Shown: one piece after another, positions 1 to 7,800 of the stretch
Layout: the number at the start of each line of letters is the position of its first letter
Numbering within the stretch: position 1 is the stretch's first letter
DNA from: Synechococcus sp.
Lineage (GTDB): Bacteria; Cyanobacteriota; Cyanobacteriia; Thermostichales; PCC-7336
DNA: 17,613 nucleotides
Direction of reading: 5' to 3'
Assembly (NCBI GenBank): GCA_051439605.1
Contig: JBFRWN010000055.1
Coordinates: forward strand, 1-17,613
Made by a program: the position numbers and the translations under genes
The notes under the pieces: model-generated
The model's input: the letters and a program-made list of their open reading frames with translations, nothing else
Databases searched by the model: none
What the model was told of the DNA's origin: nothing

Positions 1-106
1 TTACAACGCGAATGGCGCTGAAGCAGGGTTCGGCAACGGTGCCCAGTTTGCCACCATTGAAGGTGCTCCCGTACTCGATGCTAACAACTTTGTTGTTCAG
101 GCATAA
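1..106 (+). CDS. 3' end of an RTX/hemolysin-type Ca-binding secreted protein (partial, T1SS-type C-terminus)
   Basis: The frame starting at nt 2 reads YNANGAEAGFGNGAQFATIEGAPVLDANNFVVQA*, with TAA at 104-106. This matches the usual cyanobacterial RTX tail (LFYNxNGxxxGFGxGxQFAxLxxxPxLxAxDFxx). The rest of the gene lies outside the window. Confidence 0.75.
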   Translation, partial: YNANGAEAGFGNGAQFATIEGAPVLDANNFVVQA

Positions 107-235
107 ACGCTTCCGAAGAGTACGCAAAATTCCTTGAGCCATGTCCAATTTGAACTTAATTTTTTCCCAGAGAAAAGCTATATTAGGGCGTGGCTTAAGT
201 CCAAGCATTAACTATTCGCGACAGGAGAAAATCTC

Positions 236-495
236 ATGACTATTCAATCTAAATATCACTAATAGTCCAACAGGACAAGAAGCATCGTCCGCGATGCGAT
301 CGGAGGAGTCAACCACATCTATTTAGGTAATTTTGGGTCAGACCCTTTGAATGATTGTGTGTGAGTCCGAGCCAGATTTCAGGAGCTGTTGAACGCCATA
401 AATCGCCAAATAAACGATCTGAATCATGAGTTTCCCAGCATGTTTAAGTATGTCGTCCTGAAATCAAATGGCACTCCTCAAAAATGAATATATGG
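236..495 (+). pseudogene. Degraded lipoxygenase remnant (start region followed by the LOX C-terminal ~65 aa)
   Basis: AGGAG at 223-227 precedes ATG at 236. That frame reads MTIQSKYH**SNRTRSIVRDAIGGVNHIYLGNFGSDPLNDCV*VRARFQELLNAINRQINDLNHEFPSMFKYVVLKSNGTPQK*, and a 1-nt shift at 484 gives M-N-I. This is colinear with bacterial LOX C-termini (LGxVxHxxLGxY...RFQxxLxxIxxxIxxRN...YxYLxPxxIPxSxNI, recalled from memory). In-frame stops occur at 260, 263, 362 and 485. Confidence 0.6.
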
Positions 496-589
496 AGTTA
501 TCTATCACCAGTCTTTTGCCAATAAAGGCGTTGATTTATAACCGCCGATTTGCAGTCGACATTGTAGTTTGGTAGGGAGATAGAAGTCA

Positions 590-2050
590 ATGAACCTCAG
601 TTTTGATAATGTTCTGTCGATATCGCCAGCAACGTTAGTGAGTGGGTTGGTTGGAGTCGTTGCTTTGGGATTGGCGATCGCCCGACTGGTTCCAAGGGCT
701 AAGTCCAAAAATACGGCTTCGACGTTTGAGCGGCTGTTAAACGGGTTCCAAATTTGGGCGTTGCAGCATCCCAAAACTGTCTTAAGCCGCTTGGTGTTGC
801 CGATCATCAATGTCGTCGAAGGAGGGTTGGCCAATTTACCGACCTATCTCGATGCCAAACGACTGGCATTTGGGTCAAGTTTTTGCTGTGCGGGTCAGGT
901 AGTGATAGGTGACTTTAGCACGCTCGAAACAGCGCTTACGTCTCCCCAGGCACGGACTTGGCGACTTGGAACATCTCCGCTCGATGCCCATTTCTCACCC
1001 AATCTGGATGCTGGGGGGCGCAACGTTTTTCTACTATCACTCTCCGATGTTGGTGCGGGTGGGGCTGGCGATCGTGAGGTGTTTAGGCAGGCGCTAGAGG
1101 ACTATGCTCTCAATGCAGCCTCAAAGGAACGACAGCACGATGCGACAGCTCGGCAACTGCTCGATCGCTTGGCAGCCGATTACGCCGAGATGCCTCACGG
1201 TCAGGGAGATGTCTTTTTCACCGACAATCGACGAGGGTGGATGGGCTTCCTAGTGCGATACATTCACTACGTGATGCTGGGGATTGACCCAACAGACTCT
1301 GCGACAGTGGAGATGCTGACCGATCTGCATTACACCAAACGAGGTACGGTGCATTATTTTGCCGTTATGGGTCGGTTGTTTCGGCGGTTGAACATTCGCG
1401 GTCACCGTCAAATTTCCCAGCTCATCGAGCAGGCGGCAACGATCTACGAGCAGTCGCCAGCTTTAGCCGATTTCCCCGAAACACTGGAGGGGGCCGAGGG
1501 CATGACCCGACGAGAGTTGGCGAAATTGCTAACGGCCATTCTCAGTATTGCTGGCCTCCAGGGTCCCCTGCACCTGGGGTATACGGCGATGGGATTTCGG
1601 CCCCTGCCTGCCTATAAAGGTCAGCATACGGCCGAGATCGATCCCGTACACTATTGGGACCGTCTCGATCTCGACGATCGCGAGGGCGTACGGCGGTTCG
1701 TCCTGGAATGTGCTCGAATTTGGGCTCCAGTGTCTGCCACCCACCGCGTTGCTACGGAGCCGTTCACTACTGCGATTTCCGGTAAAGAGCGGACGTTTCC
1801 TGCCGGAACGTTAGTCCTCATCCCGATGAGTTTGGGATTGCTCGACAGCAGCTTTTGGGGACCAACGACCTACGAATTTGACGCTCAGCGCGAGAATCTA
1901 TGCCCCTATCACATGGGCTTTCATTCTGTGGGAGATCGCCATGCCGGTCGCATTTGTCCTGGAAAAGACCTGGCCCTCGACATGCTGGTTGATGTGCTGA
2001 TTTCGATTGGACGGGTTCGTCGGTCCGTTGCGGCTGACAACGCTAGGTGA
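590..2050 (+). CDS. Atypical cytochrome P450 with N-terminal membrane anchor (candidate hydroperoxide-metabolising, CYP74-like chemistry)
   Basis: 486 aa. It has the K-helix ExxR (LECAR), a meander-like FDAQR and a heme Cys in FHSVGDRHAGRICPGKD. The I-helix reads SIAGLQGP instead of AGx(D/E)T. The N-terminus has a hydrophobic segment LVSGLVGVVALGLAIA, and GGGAG lies upstream of the ATG. Confidence 0.88.
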   Translation: MNLSFDNVLSISPATLVSGLVGVVALGLAIARLVPRAKSKNTASTFERLLNGFQIWALQHPKTVLSRLVLPIINVVEGGLANLPTYLDAKRLAFGSSFCCAGQVVIGDFSTLETALTSPQARTWRLGTSPLDAHFSPNLDAGGRNVFLLSLSDVGAGGAGDREVFRQALEDYALNAASKERQHDATARQLLDRLAADYAEMPHGQGDVFFTDNRRGWMGFLVRYIHYVMLGIDPTDSATVEMLTDLHYTKRGTVHYFAVMGRLFRRLNIRGHRQISQLIEQAATIYEQSPALADFPETLEGAEGMTRRELAKLLTAILSIAGLQGPLHLGYTAMGFRPLPAYKGQHTAEIDPVHYWDRLDLDDREGVRRFVLECARIWAPVSATHRVATEPFTTAISGKERTFPAGTLVLIPMSLGLLDSSFWGPTTYEFDAQRENLCPYHMGFHSVGDRHAGRICPGKDLALDMLVDVLISIGRVRRSVAADNAR

Positions 2051-2161
2051 CGAATATCAAACGACGACCTTCAAGCGATGAATATCAAGGCAGTCAACGT
2101 TCTTCTCTCATATGTACCTCTCTAAGCTATCTCGTTCACAGACCTCGTTGGGGAACCTCTC

Positions 2162-3019
2162 ATGACCGAGTCCTGGCGTCACGACTACTTGGACACGAAT
2201 GGCATCAAACTCCATTACGTCACCCAAGGCGAAGGACCGTTGATGCTAATGCTGCATGGCTTTCCGGCTTATTGGTATTCATGGAAATATCAAATTCCCG
2301 AATTTGCTCGGCACTACACAGTCGTCGCGCTAGATCTGCGCGGATATAACGACAGCGATCGCCCCAGGAATGCTAGTGCCTATCGGTTCGAACCACTGAT
2401 TGCCGATGTTCGAGGGGCGATCGCTGCACTGGGATACGACCGCTGTATCTTATTGGGACATGACTGGGGGGGGGCCTTGGCTTGGTCGGTAACCTACGCC
2501 CACCCCGAATTGGTTGAGAAACTGATTGTAATGAACTTCCCCCATCCGGCCAAGTTTGCTGCCGGGTTACGAACTCCCTGGCAACTGCTCAAAAGTGCTT
2601 ACATTCTCTGGTTCCAGCTGCCGGTACTTCCGGAACTTCTGTTGTCAGCAAACAATTACCGGGGAATTGCTGCCACTTTTGCTGACATCAACAGGTATAA
2701 CCCCGAATTTACAACTGCCGACATCGATCGCTTCCGGGCTGCTGCCTCTAAACCTGGTGCCATTAGAGCCATGTTGAACTACTATCGGAACCTATTTGAG
2801 GGGCCAATTTTCCAGAATGAGTGGGGGCGATTGGATGTTCCCACCTGCATGATCTGGGGTGAAGAGGACAAAGCTTTTGGCAAAGAATTGACCTACGATA
2901 TGGAGCGATATGTCAACAACTTACAGCTCCAGTACGTGCCTGAGGGGGCTCACTGGGTGCAGTTAGATCGACCCGATATTGTGAATCAGCATGTAAGCCA
3001 GTATTTGGGGCTTGCATAA
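2162..3019 (+). CDS. Alpha/beta-fold epoxide hydrolase (soluble EH-like)
   Basis: 285 aa. Motifs: HGFP oxyanion loop, DLRGYNDS, nucleophile Asp in GHDWGG, lid tyrosines in SAYIL and MLNYYR, acid in WGEED, and catalytic His in GAHWVQ. Confidence 0.88.
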   Translation: MTESWRHDYLDTNGIKLHYVTQGEGPLMLMLHGFPAYWYSWKYQIPEFARHYTVVALDLRGYNDSDRPRNASAYRFEPLIADVRGAIAALGYDRCILLGHDWGGALAWSVTYAHPELVEKLIVMNFPHPAKFAAGLRTPWQLLKSAYILWFQLPVLPELLLSANNYRGIAATFADINRYNPEFTTADIDRFRAAASKPGAIRAMLNYYRNLFEGPIFQNEWGRLDVPTCMIWGEEDKAFGKELTYDMERYVNNLQLQYVPEGAHWVQLDRPDIVNQHVSQYLGLA

Positions 3020-3075
3020 GGGTTTTGTTGCAATAACGAGAAAGCCAGGCTCGGCTCAGAAGCGGAAAACCCTGT

Positions 3076-3098
3076 TGGGGACAGTGCCACTATCCCCA
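3076..3098 (+). terminator. Possible stem-loop downstream of the epoxide hydrolase gene
   Basis: TGGGGACAGTG-C-CACTATCCCCA is an inverted repeat matching at 10/11 positions, about 55 nt after the stop codon. There is no U-tract, so the terminator role is uncertain. Confidence 0.3.
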
Positions 3099-3191
3099 TC
3101 AGTAGTTGAGGGCGCCGAATCCGACTGTTCATAAGCTTGTACTTGGGAAGTTGGCGGCTTCAGCGCTTCTAACAACAGTTCGTAGGCATCA

Positions 3192-4659
3192 GGAAGCGGA
3201 ATATATTTACAGCTTCTATTCTGATTGTTATGGCATGCCTGTAATGAGGTATGAACCGAGTACTTTGTGGAAATGGACTACGAACTACGGGTGATCGTGG
3301 AGAAAGTCGCGGTCAGTTCCCAGAAAGTCGTGAAACGAGATACTCTCAAGGTCTACGACATTACAGCCCCTGAATCGATTCTCGATTTAGGTCTACGTCA
3401 CGAAGAACAAATCTCTCTTCTGGAGAAAGTTCAGAATTCAATCCTAGCCGTCCAATCCAAACTAATCGATCCCGGGCACGATCGCTGTCCGAAATGCGGC
3501 GGGAAACTCAATAAACGTGGGTTCGCCAAATCCAAGTTTCAAGCAGTATTCACCGATCATAAAGTAGGCATCCAAAAGCATCGATGCCAAGCCCCTGAAT
3601 GTAAGTGGCAAAGCACGCCCACAACAACGTCCGTGTTCGGTACCTCTATCCATCCAGATCTAGCCAAGTTGCAGTGCGAGCAAGGAGCTTTGTACAGCTA
3701 CCGTGAAGCTGAGAGCAACTTGGCGAAACTGACTGTTCATCGCCGTCGAGTGAGCAACCACAATCAAATTCGATTGCTGACTGACACTGTGGGTGATGTC
3801 CTAGCCAAAGAGAATCTTGAGTCTCCCAGTCAAAGCAACTGCGCTCCTCCAGCTGCAGAGCTAATTGTCCAAGTGGATGGAGGGCATGTCCCAATCAAAG
3901 AGAAAGAGAAACGTAGCTTTGAAGCCTTGTCAGCAGTCGTTTATCGGTCAGAGAGCATCCGGCAAATGGACAAGCATCATCGAGAGATTAAGAGCAAAAG
4001 CTGTGCACTCTCAGCCAAGGATGATGGGCAGGCCTCAATTAACACTTACATCCTCAATGCTGCTCGCAAGCAAGGGTTAGTTGACGACACCGCAGTGACA
4101 GTTCTGGCCGATGGAGCCCCCAACTGTTGGTCGGCGCTAACGAGCCTAGAGAATCATTGCAAGCAACTGACACGCATCTTGGACTGGTGGCACATTGGCA
4201 AGAATTTTCAAAATGCCAGGGGTGCGGTTGAGGAAGAATTCAAGGAGACGCTAGAGAGTGTCAAATGGAAATTGTGGCATGGCAAAGCTGAGGAAGCCCT
4301 GACCAAGCTGGAACTGCTGATGAGCAATGTTACAGACTCGAAGAAACGTAAGAAGCTTAAGGTTCTGTATAAGTATTTGAAAGGGAATCAAGATTACCTG
4401 GTTAATTATGAAAAGCGAGAGCAAGAGAATCAGCCTTTTAGCAGCCAGGTAGCGGAATCTCACATCGAATCACTCGTCAATGCTCGACACAAAAGAAGCG
4501 GAAAAATGCAATGGACTCGGGACGGAGCCCACAAAGTTCTGCAAATCAGAGGGATGATTGCGAGCAACGAGTGGGAGATGAGATGGCAACCTGCGGTGCT
4601 ACAGGCACTTGAAGTAGCAGCTTAATAGAGCGATTGCGCTGTAAATATATTCCGCTCCC
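3192..4659 (+). mobile_element. Complete ISKra4-family insertion sequence, 1468 bp
   Basis: The left IR GGAAGCGGAATATATTTACAGC (3192-3213) and the reverse complement of 4638-4659, GGGAGCGGAATATATTTACAGC, match at 21/22. They enclose a single transposase. No flanking direct repeat is visible, and there is no perfect HIP1 site inside. Confidence 0.88.
3267..4625 (+). CDS. ISKra4-family (Mutator-like DDE) transposase
   Basis: 452 aa; the start may be GTG 3267 or ATG 3273. It has an N-terminal CPKC...CxxxxC Zn motif and DDE motifs VQVDGG, LADGA and VAES, plus LDWWH and a C-terminal RHKRSGKMQWTRDGAHKVLQIR. Confidence 0.9.
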   Translation: MEMDYELRVIVEKVAVSSQKVVKRDTLKVYDITAPESILDLGLRHEEQISLLEKVQNSILAVQSKLIDPGHDRCPKCGGKLNKRGFAKSKFQAVFTDHKVGIQKHRCQAPECKWQSTPTTTSVFGTSIHPDLAKLQCEQGALYSYREAESNLAKLTVHRRRVSNHNQIRLLTDTVGDVLAKENLESPSQSNCAPPAAELIVQVDGGHVPIKEKEKRSFEALSAVVYRSESIRQMDKHHREIKSKSCALSAKDDGQASINTYILNAARKQGLVDDTAVTVLADGAPNCWSALTSLENHCKQLTRILDWWHIGKNFQNARGAVEEEFKETLESVKWKLWHGKAEEALTKLELLMSNVTDSKKRKKLKVLYKYLKGNQDYLVNYEKREQENQPFSSQVAESHIESLVNARHKRSGKMQWTRDGAHKVLQIRGMIASNEWEMRWQPAVLQALEVAA

Positions 4660-4819
4660 CTCAGTAACGGATTAAAGATGCTGAGCGCATTACTCTCGGA
4701 CCCGAAGTAGTACGAAACCGGTGGTTATTATTAGGCTTTTTCAGTCGCGTGGATAATCCCAGTAAAATTGGCGGTGTCGATCGGGTGCTATCTCAGGCAA
4801 GGAACTCGGCACGCAGGCT

Positions 4820-7800
4820 ATGGCTGATTCGGTACAGGCATCAGAAGCGGGGTTGAAACTCATTGATAGTGCTAGACGCCAAAGACGATGGAATAAAACT
4901 GCAGAGGTATGGTGCCGGAAAGCGTTTACCTCTCGCGCCACATTGAATCGATTTTGGGCCAGGCAACCGATTCGCCGCGAGGCCTTTATTGCCATTTGCT
5001 CTGTTGTCGGAGTGGATTGGGAATCCGTAGCAGAAGAGGGAGTGTCTTCTACCAAGAGGCTTTCTAACGCGGCAACACCCGACAAGGAAGATAGTCCTCA
5101 AGCTATTGCGTCTCAGGTCACCGCAAATACCTCGGGGGCAAAACAGCCTGCATCCGTTGGTGAGGATTGGGGGGATGCTCCTGATGTGGCGGGGTTCTGC
5201 GGGCGATCGCAGGAACTGGACCTGCTCGCTCGCTGGATAGTCAAAGAGAACTGCCGCTCGGTGGCTTTGCTCGGCATGGGGGGGATTGGCAAAACCACAT
5301 TGGTGGCTAAGCTGGCCCGCGAGATTCGACCGCAGTTTGACAATCTGGTGTGGCGCAGTCTGCGCAATTCTCCATCTGCAGACGAGATTCTAGTCGACCT
5401 AATTCAGGTGTTGAGCGGCCAACAGGTGGGGGAAGTGGCTGCAGGGCTGGATGGCAAAATCCGTCAGTTGATGCAGTACCTCCGCCAGTCTCGTTGCTTG
5501 TTAGTACTCGATAATGTGGAGTCTATTTTGCAGGGAGGAAATCGGGGGGGGCATTATCAATCGGGGTACGACGCCTACGGCCAGCTGTTTCGGTGTGTCT
5601 GGGAGACAGAGCATCGCAGTTGTCTGATGCTCACCTCGCGCGAACCCCCCCACGGGCTAATCCAGCGGGCGGGAGATGCCTGCCCTGTACGCAGCCTCAA
5701 CCTGTTGGGGGTATCGACGTCTGATAGCCAGCAGATTTGCCATACCAAAGGACGCTTTTCGGGGTCAGAGACTGACTGGCAACGGTTGACCGAACATTTT
5801 GGGGGAAACCCTCTGGCTCTGCAACTGGTGGCGGCCACCATTCGAGATTTCTTTGCCGGTAGCCTCTCGCAGTTTTTGCAATTGGAACAGCAAGAGATTG
5901 CTCTATTCGACGATATTCAAGCGCTGCTGCACCAACAGTTTCAACGGCTCCCCCTGCTGGAACAGGCTGTTATGTTTTGGCTTGCCATCGAGCGGGAGCC
6001 AACCACCCTGGTTGAGCTGATGGTTGACTGTATGTGCCACGAGTCCACCAGCGAACTCATGCAATCTTTGTTATCGCTGCAACGGCGATCGCTGGTAGAG
6101 GCCAATGAGGGTCGATTTACTCAGCAGCCAGTGGTTATGGAATATGTCACTCGCTGCCTGGTGGAGCGCATCTGCGACGAAATCCTATCTCAAGAGGTTA
6201 AACTCTTCCGCTCCCATGCCCTTGTCAAAGCCCAAGCCAAAGACTACATCCGCGACAGTCAGCTAACCGTTATTTTGAAACCCATTGCCACCCGACTCCT
6301 AGAGCGATTGGGTTCCCCCCAAGCAATCAAGGCTCATCTCGGCCCCATCTTAGAAGATCTCCAAGCGGAAGCTAGTGAGAGCACGCTGCCTGAATTGCCC
6401 GGACAATCTGCCAGCAGCGATCGCCTAGCCAGCAAGACAGGATATGCCTGCGGCAACATCATTACTCTGTTGCAATACCTGCAGGTGGATTTAACTGGTT
6501 ACGACTTTTCGCATCTCACCGTCTGGCAAGCCAACTTGCGTGGCAGCGATCTGCAGAGGGTGAACTTCACCCATGCGGATTTGTCCAAGTCGTTATTCAC
6601 CGAAACGTTAGGGCTAACATTTGCAATTGGTTTTAGTCCGAATGGCCGGATATTGGCAACCGCAGGGGCAAAGGGGGTCATCCATCTCTGGCAGGGAATG
6701 GGTGCAGAAGCCGGTTCGACTGGCCTGGGGAGGAAATTAGGTAGTTTAGTCGGCCACACGGGTTGGATTTGGTCGATCGCCTTTAGCCCCGATGGCCGAA
6801 TGCTGGCCAGTGGTAGTGAAGATGGCACTGCCAGGCTGTGGGGGGTGAAGACCCAAGCTTGCCAGGCTCACCTGGATGCAGAGGGCAGCCAAGTTTGGTC
6901 TGTTGCCTTTAGCCCCGATAGTCAATATCTGGCCTGCGGTTGTGAGGATGGAATTGTCAGACTGTGGGATATTGCCAAACAAACTTGCCTTGAGTTATCG
7001 GGGCACCGGAGTTGGATTCGGAGCGTTGCCTTTAGCCCCAACGGTCAATTTCTAGCAAGCGCAGGTGACGAGGAAGCGATTTATCTTTGGGAACACCCTT
7101 GGGGTGACTACGTGAGGAAATTTGAGGGGCATCTCAGCGATCGCATTTGGTCCATTGCGTTTAGCCCCAACAGCCGCCATTTGGTCAGTAGTAGCAGCGA
7201 TCGCACGGTCAAGATATGGGATGTAGACACTGGTGAATGCCTCCGCACTTTGGAAGGCCACAGGAATTGGATTCGGGCAGTTGCAGTCAGTCCTTGCGGA
7301 GCGATCGTCGCCAGCGGGAGTGAAGACCACACGATTAAGCTGTGGAATGCTGAAACTGGACAGTGTTTGAACACGTTACGCGGTCATTCCAACTGGGTGC
7401 GCGCGATCGCATTTAGTCCTGATGGGTTGTTGCTTGCTAGCGGCAGTGGCGACCATACGGCAAAACTTTGGCAAGTTGCGAGTGGCTTCTGTCAGAAAAC
7501 GCTTCAGGGATATACGAGCCGAGTGTGGTCGGTGGCGTTTTCTCGAGATGGCAGGACATTAGCGAGTGGTCACGATGATTGTGCAGTCCGCCTCTGGTCC
7601 GTAAAAGAGGGGATCTGTCAACAGACACTACGGGAGCTCAATGGCAGCTGGATTTCATCCGTTGCGTTTAGCCCTGACGGTGCGTGGTTGGCCAGTGCCA
7701 GCACTGCGGCCATCAGAGTTTGGGAGGTGGGCAGCGGCCGTTGTTTGCAAGTCTTGCAAGGGCATACCAGTCGAATTTGGTCAGTGGCATTCTGCCCGCA

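Noticed and set aside
236..262. 8-codon ORF MTIQSKYH with a strong RBS, as a possible leader peptide
   Set aside because: It is better explained as the surviving start of the decayed gene, since the same frame continues into LOX-like sequence.
2052..2088. Direct repeat GAATATCAA twice, 28 nt apart, between the P450 and EH genes
   Set aside because: Only two 9-nt copies. It is not CRISPR-like and I cannot assign it to a regulator.
3021..3036. GGTTTTGTTGCAATAA resembles an IS6-family terminal repeat (GGTTCTGTTGCAAA)
   Set aside because: No partner IR or IS6 transposase remnant was seen. It is equally explained as a short imperfect palindrome just after the EH stop codon.
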